Positions 38,784 through 52,365 of a stretch of DNA of 64,000 bases are shown piece after piece (the first letter of the stretch is position 1; the number at the start of each line of letters is the position of its first letter). The DNA is taken from contig MU056000.1 of the NCBI GenBank assembly GCA_013239625.1, positions 9,494,232 through 9,558,231 of the forward strand, read 5' to 3'. This DNA is from Lama guanicoe. Taxonomy: Eukaryota. Under the pieces are notes generated by a model, which ran no database searches, was not told the DNA's origin, and worked only from the letters and a program-made list of their open reading frames with translations. The position numbers and the translations under genes are program-made.

Positions 38784-41700
38784 TCTAAGAATTCTTCAAA
38801 CTCACCAGGACCTATAATTTATTGATTCATTTTCCTTTTTATTTTGCCCACCCATGATCTCCTCTCTTCATTCCTTATGCCGCTTAAGTCCCATGTTCAA
38901 TTATCATAGGCACTAGCCTGCATGGACCTTCATCTCCCTCACTCATCCCTTGCTTGTGTCACCAGTTTCCTTCGTCCCACTCTTTCTTGAACAATTCATA
39001 TCATGTTTTTGCCTCCATGACTCCATAAAAACTGTGCCTCTTGAGGTCACCATCCTTGCCATTTTGCTAAATCTAATGGTCAGTTCCGGGTCCTTATCTT
39101 CCATGATCTATCAGCAGAATTTGACAGAACTGATCATGACTTTCTTTTTGAAACATTGTCTTCTCTTGGCTTTCAGGACATCTGATTTTCTTTATTGCCC
39201 TCAAATCTCTCTCAGTCTCTTTTGCTGTCTTTTAAGACCCAAGTTTCAAAGGAGAATTTCCCCAGGACATATCTGTTAGACCTCTTCTACATCCACTCCC
39301 CAGTTGATCTCATCCACCCTCATAGCTTCAAGTATCATCTGTATATTGATGGTTTCTTACCTTGTATCTCCAGCTCCAACTGTTTCCCAGAAACCCAAAC
39401 CCACATCTCCAGTTATCTACTTGATATCTTTCATGACATATTTAGTAAATGCTTCAAACTTAACATGCTCAAAACTAAGCTGCTAATATTTTGCTGAAAC
39501 CAAATCCTCCTGCAGCTTTCCCCATATCAGTTAATAGCAGCTCCATTCTTGCAGTACACGGCCAAAATCAAGTAGTTTTATTTGTCAGGATTTTTTTTCT
39601 TTACCCTACGTGTCCAGTATGTCCAAAACTCCTGTTTGTTCTACCTCCAGCATACATCCATAGTGTGATCATTTCTCACTAACTTCTCTATCCACTCCAT
39701 AATTTCCAGCCTGGTTTATTGTGGTAGCTTCCTACTTAATCTCACTTTCACCCTTTCTTCTCTATAGTCTGTTTCCAACACAGTATAAGAGCAATCTTAT
39801 TAAACTATGGCAGGCCAGGTCCTCCATTTACGCTAAACCCTCAAATGTCTTCACATCTCACTCAGAGCAAACAATAAAATTCTTATCATCTACAAGTTCA
39901 TACACTTTCCGACTGCACATTTCCTCTCTCAACGATTCTCCTACTCTTCCGTCTCTCACTCCTCACTCCTCTATGAAGGACTCGATGTTCTGCAGCCGTA
40001 CTTGAGATGGTACAGTCTCATCTCAAGAAGTTTGTGTTTGCTCTTCTGCCTGCCTGAAAGCCTTTTATTCTAGAAATCTAGATACCTGCCTGGATGTCTC
40101 CCTCACTTCCTTTATTCAAAGGTATCTCTCAGGGATGTCTTTTCTGGTCATCCTATATAAGTTTCAATGCTGCCACGTATTCATTTTCTGTGCCACCCCA
40201 GACTCGGGCATTTGCCTTGCTTTCAGCTGGAGCAACACTAACAATGGTGATGCTACTCCCATGGTCAGTAGTCCAGGTCACTGCCATTACTGTAGATTGA
40301 GGGACCAGCTACAGCAGTAACTCCCAGTCCTTCTTGTTGTGCATAGTTGCTACCTCAACATCTTGCCTTTTCCACTCTTCACACACCTCTCACCACCTAC
40401 CTTGCAACCTCTGTACAGCCACTAAAGCTAGAGACACTGCAGGAGCTGGTCAGTATGCTGCAGGCACAACCTGAAGCCATCAGATACCCTCCACTCCTCT
40501 TCTTCTCCCTGACACGCTGCTCAGAGACATATTTGCTTCACATATGCCCTCTGAAAAGGCCCTGGGAGCCAGGAAAGCAAACGACTCCTCAGCCACAAGC
40601 AGTAGCAAGTTCAGCGAACACACTTTCTTATATTTCTCTCTTAGAATGGTCCATGTTATTTTCCAAAAGCATCATTCTCGGTGCATCACTCTCCCAGTTT
40701 AAAAACCTGTCCTTAGTTCCCCTTCATCTGTAGAATAAACCACCAGGTTCTTAAGGCAGAATTAAAGTTTGGTAACAATCTCCAGTCTTTCTCTTGTTGG
40801 TCTGGTGTTGCAGCCAAAATAAACCAATCACCATCCCTAGACTACATCCAGAAGTTTTCTACCTACATGTCTTGGCTCAGAAGTTCACCTCCTCCAGGTG
40901 GTGACCCTCATTTCCTCCTATCAAAATGATTTCTGTATTTTCATGATCCAGATTAAAAGTCACTTCTTTCACTTCCACCCCAAATAAATGATTCACATTT
41001 CCCTGTGTAACAACTTATAATGCTATTCTTGGTATTGTTATTTATGAATTAATTTCTAACTTCTCTCTTAAAGTCTATGCTCCTTGGGAGCAAAGACAGT
41101 ATTATCTATCTCTGCCTCCCTTGTAGTAACTAATTAAATGACATGAACATATTACATTTGCTTTTAAAAAAGCTAACTCTAATCAAATATCAGGGCAGGC
41201 TATCCAGCAATAGCCAAAGAGTCCAGTGGGTTTTAGACTGTGTGGGGCCCAGGAATGCCACAGAGAATTAGAAAAGAGCAAGAGAACTGGGGTCATGTTG
41301 ATTGAATTCTGTGTCTACCATTTAACACCTGCGCAGTTTGGGGCAAGGTTTTGTTTTTTGTTTTTTTTTATGAATCTTTGGCCCCTCCTACTGCGTGTCA
41401 TGCACATATACATAAATAGCACATATAGATAATTGTATCTACCACATATGATTGTGTTGACAGTTATGTGCCTTTCAAAATGCCTGGCCCAAGACCCCAG
41501 ACCTCATGTCCTGATTCTGTGTTCTAAGCACCAAAGACCCAGGTCTCTCTGTGTCACCTCTGAGGATGCAGCTTTAGGGTCACAGGGTCACAAAGGCAGT
41601 GACACAGAGAGGCTCTTTCCCCCATTGGGCATGGAACGAGCCACGCTGGCTGGTGAGGCTCCAGGCAGTGTCTTTTCCCCAGACTCACAAGACCTTCATC

Positions 41701-43047
41701 TCAAAGACCTGCCATTTACGGCAGAGGGCAGCTTGAGCATCAGAAGCCTTTCTTACCTCTCCCTGTTCAGTCCTATAGAAATGCACATCCTGAGAGATAT
41801 GCAGCCAGAAAAAGAGGATGTGCTCTTTTAAGTAATCAACTGAGCAGAGCATGTGGAAAATAAACTCATAAAAGAGGAGGGGGCCTTCACCGTGTTTTCT
41901 GTACTTATTTCTCTCAAAATGGCTGAGCACTTTTATAGAATTATGCAGAGTTGTGAGGTGACAAAGAGGAAACAGTGATGCTAGTACAGAGTACGAAGTA
42001 GGATGAAAAGCAGAAGGAGTTATTTCCTTGTCTGTAAGAGGAATAACACAAGAACTGCTTTTGCTTTTGATAATGATGATAACATGCCAATATAAATGCA
42101 TCTTGTCTTCAAGCTTGAGATCTCGTGCCATAGTAATGGAGGTTTAGGTGATGTTTATAATTATACAAAATTGCATGGCTGAGAGTGGGAAAGAGCTGAG
42201 GCAGACCTCACTGACAACACAGATGAGGAGGAAACACAGAAACACTGTGTTAGGAATCAATACAATCCCTTGTGAAATAGAGCATCACACACACAAGGAT
42301 GCATGGACCCAACTCACTGATGGCATTAGCTACTAATGCCATGGTAAAGAATTGTGTCATTTTCTTTTGAATAAAAAATCACTCTGTCACTCAACTTCAA
42401 AGATATCATTTTAAGCAAAAAGAATACCATGTGTTTGTGTTTTAAAAATCCATTTGAATATAGGTATATATGTAAATGTTTAGAAAACTTTCTTGTAGGA
42501 TCTCCAACAAACTGTGAATAAGATTTACCCCTGGGGAGGGGAGTGGAATTGGGTGGAAATAGGTTTTTAAGTTTTATTTGTCATGCTTCCTTATTACTCT
42601 GATGTTTAATTTGAACATATATTACTTGCGTAATTTTTTAAGTGTAAACAGCAAGAAAACCAGGCTCCTAGTCTCCGAGGATGATGAATAAGGACCTTGC
42701 ATGTCCATCTGAGCTAGAGAGTTAAATGAGCCAGGAGGCCACCCAGACGCTAGGGGACAGGAAACAGATGTGTGTTAAAGTAACTCAGGCAACCCTAAAA
42801 TTCACTTTTCATAGCAAGGATCTTACCAAAAGCAATTAACAGTACATGTGCCAAGTTACTTCCCTTTATAAGGAATGTGGCTGACCTATGTGATTATGCT
42901 TTGTGTACTCAAAACTCCCTGAAGCTATCGCCCAAGGATAATGTTTGAGCAGACAAAGAAGCTTAAGCTTTTTTATATTAAATTTATACACAGATATTTA
43001 TGTACACACATATGGACTTGCATATATATATATATACACACACACAC

Positions 43048-43240
43048 AGTTGTCTGTGGGAGATTGGTTCAGGACCCACCAACGATGCCAAAATCCACTG
43101 ACGCACAAGTCTCATAGTTGGCCTTCTATAGTCATCTTCCACATCTGTGGATTCAACCAATCACAGGTCACTTAGTACCATAGTACATATCTAGTGAAAA
43201 AGTCCACAGATAAGTGACCCACACAGTTCAAAACCCATGC
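43048..43240 (+). mobile_element. TcMar-Tigger DNA transposon relic (MER2B-like)
   Basis: gggagattggttcaggaccc...ccaaaatccac.gacgc.caagtc...tggattcaaccaa...ataagtgacccacacagttcaaa; flanked by (TA)(CA)n and (GATA)n. Confidence 0.75.
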
Positions 43241-44145
43241 ATACAGAGATAGATAGGTAGGTAGATAGATAGATAGATGTCTGCATATGGAGGTATAACG
43301 TATATTTATACCTAAGACTTGCTCAGCCATCGACTCTATCACACATAATTTACTCCCTGTTTATCTTGTAACCCCAGCATTTAGAACAGTTCCTGGGATG
43401 TATTAGATGATCCATAAATTCGTTTCATTGACCTGTAATCTTTACAAGTTCCATTTTAGGATTTAACAGATTCAAAGAGAAGAAAAAATCTCTTAATGAG
43501 ATAAGATCAAAAATTTAGAAAGCTGACCCTGACATGTAAGAAAGAATTACTTTCTTTTTCAAAGGAACAAAGTCATGAGCAAGAAGGGTAAAAGTGAGCC
43601 CTGAATGTGCCATAAACATTCTTCTAATCTATCAATTTCTGGTTCAATAGAAACTAGCAAGCAGGAATACAGTTTTTGCCCCTTAAAGGTAATCCAGATT
43701 AACTCTTGAGGAAACCGAGAGACAGAAGCCATACGTGGAAACCCTCACACAGTGTGCGGCGAGTCCCAGACCAGGCGTCATGGAAGGACAGCAGCACCAG
43801 TGACCCCTCCACTGACTGGCAAAAAGGGACGCCCAGTAGGCGTGCAGGTATGGTCAGCACTAAAGGGAATGGCTACAAAGGCAAAGTGTTCACTCATTCA
43901 GATTTTTGCATGTTTACTATGTTCCAAGTGGGATGCATTAAAAATTCAAGTAGGCAAAAATCTCTGTCATTAGGGTCTAGTGAACGGAGACAGGCAATAA
44001 AATGTACGCACAATCAATAGCTTAATTATATAGTGAATTAGTAGGTGTTAATTGTCATGGAAAATAGAGCTGGGCGAGTGGAACCGGAAGCGTATGGGGT
44101 GGGGGGATGTTGTAAACATCAATAGTGCTGTCAAGTCAATGTCAT

Positions 44146-44631
44146 TGTCGACTAAAATAAAATCACACAACGACAGCGCTGTGGGTTAAGTTCTATTTGG
44201 GGGAAAAATGAGGATTATAGCCCAGATCGCTCTGAGAAACTGTTTCAAAGGGGCAGGGGGAAAACTCAGTATTATACATGATTTCAGTGAGGGGGGTACA
44301 CGCAGCCCAGCACATGTTTCGGTAAAGGCTTGCTGCTAGTCTCCAGGAGCAGGTGTCACTGTTAATGATTTTAGTGCTATTCCAGACATAAGGAGACGCA
44401 AGAAATGGGCTCATAAAATTTTCTCCTGAAAATATCTTAACTATCTGAAGGCCTGTTTAGCCAGTTTTCCCAGAGCTCCTTCCGGACCTCCATCCTGAAC
44501 TCCTTTCCAGGTGTGTTGGAGGTCAGTGGCTGCAGCGGCACATGATTTCATCCAAGCAGGGGTAGATGGCCAATGCTGATGTGATCCAGTCCTTGTAGAG
44601 GCAAACGGCCCGTGCTAGTTTTTAGTTAGCA
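44146..44631 (-). mobile_element. ERV1-type solo LTR (MER41-like) inserted in an antisense L2 fragment
   Basis: TG...CA termini, 4-bp TSD tcat/tcct; motifs ttaatgattttagtgct, aaatgggctcataaaattttctcctgaaaatatc, ctgaactcctttcc. Family name tentative. Confidence 0.75.
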
Positions 44632-45770
44632 TCCTGAAGAAGGCAGCCCTGTGAACAAGCGCAGAAAAGAGTAACAGACCCAGGGAGGAACTCAATGTTG
44701 AGGGGAAATGATTAACTAGAAAAGATGAGCGTTCAGACCTAGACATACAGCTGTAGCCGAAGGAACTGGAAAATCAACTGAAAAAATAGTTAAAGATGAA
44801 ATTGGAGAGCGCTGTAGTAGAGAAGCCTGGAACTGGAACCCTTTAAAGGAAGGTCACATGTGATGGAGGGTGTGGCGAGATGGTTCCTTATTTCCCTTAG
44901 TCAGCCTCCCAGGACAGAGGACAAAGCATTGTAGGGGACCCCAGAACACTCATTTTGGTTTATTAATACTAATCAAACACTTAGACAATTACTGCCATAC
45001 TAACTTATATTCTAGGAAGCCCAGATATGTCTGCACAGCATGATATTAAAAGAGGAAGAAAATGTATACTGCTGAAGGCTGATCCTTCTAAAAGAAGTGC
45101 CAGCTTCTGGGAGGAAGGTCAGTGGGTCTCAGGGCTCTGGGCTTCTGTGGACTTTCTATGTCTCTCATAGCTAGCTGGAGTAAACTTGTCTCTTCCCTGC
45201 CTGGGTTGGTGTTCTCCAACATTTTTCTAGCCGTGTGCAAAGGTTCTTTCTGCATCTATCATTGTGAAGCTCAAATGACACTACAGTTACTGTTTACGAT
45301 TGTCCGCACAGCTATCGTGGAGAAGGATAGAAGATGGTGTCTAAGGGAACCCGGAACCTACATCTTGTTAATGAGGCTCCTTAAGGCTAACTGTGCGATC
45401 ATAACAGTCAACAGAGCAAGTCAGTTTTCTGAGTATCCAATTTCAGGGTCCAAAACACGGAGATGCAAATAGGAACTGGCCCATCAGACAGCTGACTTAC
45501 ATGTTAGGCATTTTGGGAGGTGCTGAATGTGGAAAGTTAGACACAGACCCGTGCTTGATTTGTCACATTGCAATAAGAGAGTTAAGGGTGAGCAGGTGCT
45601 CACAAGTGCAGAACACTACAGAAGACGTGTGTGCAGAGCCTTTTCAATCGGAGATGCAGAGCGCTATAATGTGATGGAGGACAGGATGGAGAAAAATGGT
45701 ACAGAAAGTGGTCTTGACAAGACTTGGCAAATAACTAGTTCACTAGACAAATAGAGGGGAACATTTCAGA

Positions 45771-45792
45771 TGTGTGTGTGTGTGTGTGTGTG
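45771..45792 (+). repeat. (TG)n microsatellite
   Basis: Direct dinucleotide run. Confidence 0.95.
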
Positions 45793-46774
45793 GTAAAGGG
45801 AGAGGGGGTGGGGTGGGGGGAAGACTGTAAGCACAGAGGCCAGAAAATGCGTGACTAGAGAAAAGATAAAAGGTTTTGTAAAACTATTTTCCATGTTTAA
45901 CCCCATTTCCAAAATGTTATATAAGGAGCTTGGAATAGATAGGTGTTTGAATTTTATTTTTAAATTATTAAAGTATTTTGATGCACATTCAAAGACATTC
46001 TAGGTAAGAGTTAATAACGTGATTCTGCAGAGTGAGTAAACTTGCAGAATTTGGAACGACGTTTAGCGCTGAAGTTTTATATCTCACAGAGCCCCAGCTA
46101 GTGAGAGAATGAACTCTGCTCCAATCCGCCTTGTCTCCCACTTAGTCTGGCTGATAAAAGGCAAGGTATCAATCAGAAAAGAGCATAACTACCTAGTGCT
46201 TTAGGGAGAAATATGGACACCTTAGCAAGAACATGAAACCATTATGGAATCATTTGAGTTTGGATGAGCATAGGTCAAAACCATAACTTCTCGAAAAATG
46301 TCATTGGCATAGAAATCAGACTCTAGACTGAAGGGATACAATTCCCTAAAAGGTTTCCAACTTTCTTCTCTTTAAGACTGAGATATTAAGTATTCCTTAA
46401 AAGCTATGCTATTTAGATGCACAAAATCAAAACATTCAATACGGAACAATTTCAGCTGCAGAGCACACATGCCCAACAAATGCTCTAGTCCCTTCTCTGT
46501 AACTGGTGTCAGCGTTAACCAGTTAATCAAGGAAGGTGACCTCCAGCATCACTGAATCATCCCTCTTACTCCTACAGCCTTCTCGCCTCCAATACAAGTC
46601 TCTCCTCCTTTCCATTCCTTTATCAGGGGCTCATCTCCAGGTAAACCAAGAGAGCAACTGATGTGGAAGACAGAGCAGCAAGGTGATTAAAAGCTGATGC
46701 TCCTGGATTCTGTAAATGGGGATCTGAATCTCGGTCTGCTACCCACCCAACAGCCATGTGACCTTGAAAAGTAA

Positions 46775-46942
46775 CAGTGTCTAGACACATTTCTGACTGC
46801 CGTAATTGTGAGGGTGCTAACAGCATCTATGCGCAGAGGCCAGCAATGCTGCTAAACATTCTACGGTGCACAGGCCATCCCCTTGCAGTACAGAATCACC
46901 TGCCCCCAAATGTCAGTTGTGCTGAGGCTGAGAAACGCTAAT
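46775..46942 (+). mobile_element. MER20 (hAT-Charlie) DNA transposon
   Basis: agaggccagcaatgctgctaaacattctac.gtgcacagg...cccaaatgtcagttgtgctgaggctgagaaac is the characteristic MER20 text; preceded by a MIR fragment at ~46660-46772. Confidence 0.85.
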
Positions 46943-46949
46943 CTGAGTC

Positions 46950-47475
46950 ACTATCAACTACTACCTGGATGATTTTAGTACTTCCTCCTGAGCAGGTCTC
47001 TGTCTGCCCCTTCAGCCAGAGTCATCCTTACAAAATGTTAGTTGGTCCAGGGCATATCACTCTCAACCCTTCAAGGCTCCTCATCACATTTAGAATAAAA
47101 TTCAAAACTCTTGCCTCCCCGCCCCGAGGCCTACATGAGTTGGCCCTTGAGTCCTGCTCTGACTCCTTTCCACCTCCCTTTCCTTGCTTCAGCTCCACGT
47201 TCAGGGGCCCCTGATCAGAGATGCCATCCTGGACCACCCTACCTAAAATTGCACCCCTCCCCTCTTCACCCATCACAGTCATCCTGCTGTATCCTTTTTT
47301 ACAGAGCACATCACATCATCATATATTACAAGTATATTTTGTTTGCCGTTTGTCTCCCACACTGGGCAGCAGGAGATTTTCGTCTGCTTTTACCCCATTA
47401 TATTCCCCGCACATCAAGCAATGCTGCTACATAGCTCATACTCCATAAATGTTTGCTAAATCGATGAGTGAATGC
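46950..47475 (+). mobile_element. L2 3' region
   Basis: ttagaataaaattcaaaactc, tcagagatgccatcctggaccaccctacctaaaattgca, end ataaatgtttgctaaatcgatgagtgaat. Confidence 0.75.
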
Positions 47476-48410
47476 TACTTGCAACAGGTTTATGAGCATC
47501 TATGTGGCTGACTTGGGTTATTTTAAAGGATGGCAAGGAAGGTATAGTGGGCTGGTAGAATCTAAGTTTCCATCTGTGGGCTCCTAGGCCATTTACTAGA
47601 TGGCATTAAGCTATTGGTTTATATTATTTCTTTCCACCATTAAATTACATGTGTCCTAAGGAGAGGCATGGAAACTTTTTAACTTTCCATTTCCCAGAAA
47701 ACCTAGTTCTATGCCTAAATCATAGCAGTTGGCTAATAATAGTTTGTTGAAAATAAAAAAGAAAACATTGTCAGATATCTTATGCCAAAATATGCATAAT
47801 AAAATTAATGTAATAGCTATGAGTTAAGGAAAATGGCTACTTAGAAATCTGTGTTTTAAATAATATCTTGATGTGATATTAATAGGTTAATTATCTTACT
47901 GTACAACATTCATTATGGATACTCAGAGTTTTTTTCAATTCTGTGTTCTATAGTATCTGCATTCCACTGTTGCAGATGTGAATAGTTTTGTATCAGCCGC
48001 ATATAGCAATGGTTCTTTCTGGGAAAAGGAAAAAAAAAACCTTACCACAAAAAGGGAGACTATGTTTCTTTCCTGTAGTTTTAAGTCTTTAGCAATTCTC
48101 CCTTTGAAACATCTTCTAATATATAAAGTTTTCTGAGAAACTTTGAGGAAATGGAGCAACATATTATTCACAACTGCAAACAATTCTATATTTTCTATGA
48201 GCTTTTATGTTCTTCGTGGTGGATTTGAGGTGATTTCCTGATCAGAAGTATGTTTGAAATGCAAATTGCCGCCTGGCTTTCAGTGTTATGAGCATCCAAT
48301 ATCGCCCCCCTTCTCATCCACGATCTCCCTAAGGCTTCCCCCGGTCATCTTTGTCCGTTCTGCATCTTTGTATCTCTGTAACTTTTACTTCAATTCTAGA
48401 ATATGTAGAA

Positions 48411-48984
48411 TGTCAAAGCAAAAATTGCAAGGGATACAAGTAGGCAGGCAAGGAAGACTTTATTCAGTCTACTGCAGTGGAAGATAGAACCTAAAGGAAG
48501 TGACTCCACTGGGGAAAAAAAAGACAGGAGGGTCTTTAAGCACTAAGGTGAACTGATGGAAAAGGCTGGAGGGCAGTAGGGGTGAGGCTGATCAAGGGGA
48601 TGCACTGAACACATTGAGTCATTCCCACGTTTGTGAATAGCTTTCTCTGCAACTATACCATTCAGTTGATACCCATCCAAGTCAGGCCCCCACCTCCCAC
48701 AGGGACAGGAGATAGGGCCAGAGAGATGCTATCTTACTTGATTTTTAACTTTCAAAGAGATGGTTCCTCAGGTCCTTGAGAAAGGCATTTCCTGGGTTGT
48801 AAAACTGGCTGGTGAGACACTAGGAGACGATTTACATCCATTTCAAGGGGCAGAGAAAGAATTTACAACTGCTAGTTTTCTAAGGAAAATGCTCTAAGAA
48901 AAGGAGCATCCGGGGCCTATAGTCAGGAAGAAATCTGCCTTAAGTTTAGCCACGCTGAGGAGAACACTGCGTCTGTCCTGGTCA
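48411..48984 (-). mobile_element. ERV1 solo LTR (MER89/MER34-like)
   Basis: TG...CA termini; AATAAA on minus (actttatt ~48457); aaatgctctaagaaaagg...ggggcctatagtcaggaagaa.tctg..taagtttag.cacgctgagg...tggtca. Confidence 0.75.
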
Positions 48985-49189
48985 GGATGGCATCGTTAGA
49001 ACAGCCGCAGATGCATACATTTCAGGCACTAGAGATGCTGCCTGCGAGATCCTATTAATGAATTCCCGTTCTCATTTCCATAAAATCATCCACTGTGATT
49101 TGGATGAATTTGTGTGTGTGTATGCCTTTATAAAAGTATCATTTGGGATTTTGAAAGAGTTGTTTTTCTTGCTAGCAAGGAACTGAGCA

Positions 49190-49510
49190 CTTGTGCGGCA
49201 GGTGGGCCTGTTCGGAGGTCACTGGGTCACGAGGCTGGAGCCCACCGGATGGGCTTGCCGGCCTTGTAAGAGGAGGCCGGGGGCCGGCTCGCTCACCCTC
49301 ATCCACACGAGGACACAATTAGATGATACAATGATTAGAGGGTGAAACCTAATTAATTAGAGGGCAGACTTCAACTGGAAGAGGGCTCTCACCAGAACCC
49401 AGTCAAGCACCCTGATCTGGCCCTTCCAGCCTCCAGAACTGTGAGAAGTAAGTGTCTGCTGTTTAAAGCACCCAGTCTGGTATTTTGTCACAGTGTCCCT
49501 CACTAAGTCA
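49190..49510 (+). mobile_element. MLT1A-like LTR, locally GC-shifted
   Basis: ccagcctccagaactgtgagaagtaagtgtctgctgtttaaagcacccagtctggtattttgt; 5' part aligns to the MLT1A copy at 20849-21200. Confidence 0.8.
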
Positions 49511-51957
49511 CTGCTGTAAGCTCCGACGTTGCCCGATTTATAGCCACCTTTTCTTCAATACTATCATCAATATTGCCATCAATATTATCAAGAATGTTAT
49601 CAGTAAGTGGGCTCCGGTAGGACTAGCAGAACTCGTTTAGCAATAATCCAAAGCAGAAATCTCAAGGACAGCAGCAAACCTTCCACTGAGTCTCCTTTCC
49701 TCTGCTGCGCCGGGCCTGTGTCTGAGCATGTTCATTGTAAAAACCTCAGTGGAATTTAGAGGGCTCTCCCTGGAGCATAACGGGTCCTGCATCTCATAAG
49801 ACTACGTTCAATTAGGTTTTTAAAATTGAAAAGTCACTGCCAATTCTGTAATTTAAGTAACTGAGTGCCTGAGGAAAGAAGGGACACTGCGCTGGAAAGG
49901 GAATGCAGACCTTCAAGCTGGTTCCTCATTTTGGCTGAGCCAATACTCTAGGGTGGAGACAGAGGTGATGTGTGCCCTCCTGCTTCCCCAGAGAAGCCAG
50001 CAAGATTGCGATCCCTCGGTTTGAGACTACGGCCTCTTGGGTGCACAGGGCACAGAACGAAGCCCGCTGAGACTTCAATTGCTGACCTCATTTTCTACCT
50101 ACTCAACAGGAAAAGTAATATGCTCCGTTCCTCCAAATTAATCTTCTAAGTCATTAAAAAGAAAATAAGTCTCATGCAAGCGGATCTTCAATGTAATGAC
50201 AAAATTAACTGGGTAAGAATGAAGGACAGAGGTTCCCAAGATCGTAAGAAAGAAATAAAAGTCCATATAACAGAGGCAGATGTAATCTTTTCTTATAACC
50301 CCTGCTCATAATCAGTGGCAGTTAGAGAGAGCACTTCCACCCATTAGCTAATTAACTCTCACTACATCTTTCTCAGAGATGACCACCTTCCCCAACTCCT
50401 TACGCCTTGCCCATGTGGAGATAAAGCTGAGTTTTCGAAACATACTCTTAAAATGGTAAGAACTGGAAATTGAATTAGAGATTTATGTTTCCACCTGCTC
50501 ATTGAACATTCAGATTTTCATTTTAAGACGTCTCCTGAAAATGAACTTTCCCAAAGTTGACTTTTCCAAAATGGTCAAAATTGACACCAACTGTGATGAC
50601 CTCAAGCCACCAGGAAATATCTGTATTCTTCCTCTTCTTGAAAATAGTGATAAACCAGCTGCTTGTCAGTGCGATGTATACTGAGTATATAAGTCTTCTA
50701 TTTCCTTAGTCCTTTTCTCCAATAAGAACAGCATAGCATTTAAACATTAATTATGCCATCACCTTACATGAAGCAAAGCTGCGAGCAGTGAAGTCAGAAC
50801 AAGTATACATTTTAGGTATGGCTTTGAGGGTCAAGATCTCACCTCATCTAAAAATTATTGCTTTCAGATAATATTTACTACTGTCATAAAATGCTAGCTT
50901 TCTGTTAAGCATATTGGGTTATGTAAATCATGTAAAGATATCAAACTCCCCTGGAGCTACCAAATTTATTTTCTATCCTGTTATAAACTTAATGTTAATT
51001 TATATATAATTTTAAAAATTGAAATACAATCACATGATTCAAAAGTAAAAATTTTTAAATATATATATTAAAAATGTCACTCTGACTTTTGTCCCAAATT
51101 CACCTAATTCCTACCACCATCTTGTATCACAACAGATAATTGCTATTAGCAGCCCCTTTGTATCATACCAGTTTTTTTGCATCTCCACTATTGATTTTAA
51201 TTTAATAAATGCTTCTCTGCTTAATAAGCTAGTGTAAAACAGAGAATAAAGCAATATTTCAAGAGAAGCAAAAAAACTAATTTGATGACAAAGTATTTTT
51301 TTATTAAAGAAGATAAACTTTTTCCACACCATTTTTTTTCTTAATGCAGCTGAAGTGTTACAGTTCTGATTTCCCAGTACACTATTTTTAGCTAGTGGTT
51401 CAATCAAGAAACATGCCCATTTGTCAGGCAAAGTAGAGTCTGGCGAATAATTATGAGTCAGACCTGAGAGATGATCTATTTTCTGGATAACAAGCATGAA
51501 CAGAAAAGAAACATGCAATGTTATTCTATATTTTAGCATCAGTGTTTCACAGGGATCCTAATTAATTAGAGGATGAGACTTTATCAGACCTGAAAAGTCC
51601 TTTGAGATTTCATCTCAAAATAGAATTCTAACTTTCTCTTTTACACTAGTAACTGAGATTGCAGCTGCAGAGGAGGTTAAGAAATTACCGGCAACTATCA
51701 GCAAAAAATGATACAGGAAGCAGAATTGCCATAAAAAGAAAGCAGGACAATTTTATCCTTCACTGTCAATAAATTTTTATTGGGCATTGATTTGATAGCC
51801 TATATTTGTTCCAACTCCACTCTTCAAATATTGCTCCTGACTTCCAAAGAGTTACAATCTAGATAAATGTAGGAAAAACTAAAATCAATACAGAACATTA
51901 ACAACTTGTCAAAATTAAAATATGTGTCATAGGGACATTGTTTTCTCAGTTAGTGAT

Positions 51958-52145
51958 TGTAATAGTCAGCTATTGCTATAATAACTCTGTGTAACAAAGC
52001 ATTCTCAAATTCAGTGACTTACAGTTTTCTTCCCTGTATTTCTGCAGGCTGGTTAGGGTGGCTCCATTTAGGCTGTCAGTGAGCTGAGCTGGGCTCCAGA
52101 CTGCAGGTGAACCCAGGGCATGTTCCTCTCATGGTGAATGGCAGA

Positions 52146-52179
<34 letters not shown>

Positions 52180-52365
52180 ATAAAATATCATCAGCATATT
52201 GAAGCCTCAGCTTACAAGTCATGTGGCCAACGCCAGTATTAATGGGGCAGGAAAGTGTGTTGCGCCCACAGTGCGAGGGTACTGAAACTTTCATGCAAAA
52301 GACGTGGGTAAATAATTTATAACAAGATAACGAAAAATTGATGGGCAATGTTGTAACCTACTACA
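51958..52365 (-). mobile_element. MaLR solo LTR (MLT1I/J-like) containing (CA)n at 52148-52174
   Basis: tgtaatagtcagctattgct...gtaacaaa..ttctcaaattcagtgactta...acctactaca; TSD gtgat/gtggt. Confidence 0.75.

Larger units (their letters stand above)
36990..40170 (+). mobile_element. Long L2 LINE remnant with RT motifs (interrupted 37775-38783)
   Basis: ~39096-39180 translates IFHDLSAEFDRTDHDFLFETLSSLGFQD (L2 RT DLSxAFDTVDH). ORF 39195-39497 has DLIHPHSFKYHLYIDG (YADD region) and KLNMLKTKLLIF. Confidence 0.85.

Noticed and set aside
38950..40005. ORF cluster as an active reverse transcriptase
   Set aside because: Fragmented L2 RT with frameshifts and a mutated catalytic motif (YIDG instead of YADD).
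41433..42131. Overlapping 132-aa and 148-aa ORFs
   Set aside because: No recognisable homology or exon context; lengths are expected by chance in six frames of 64 kb.
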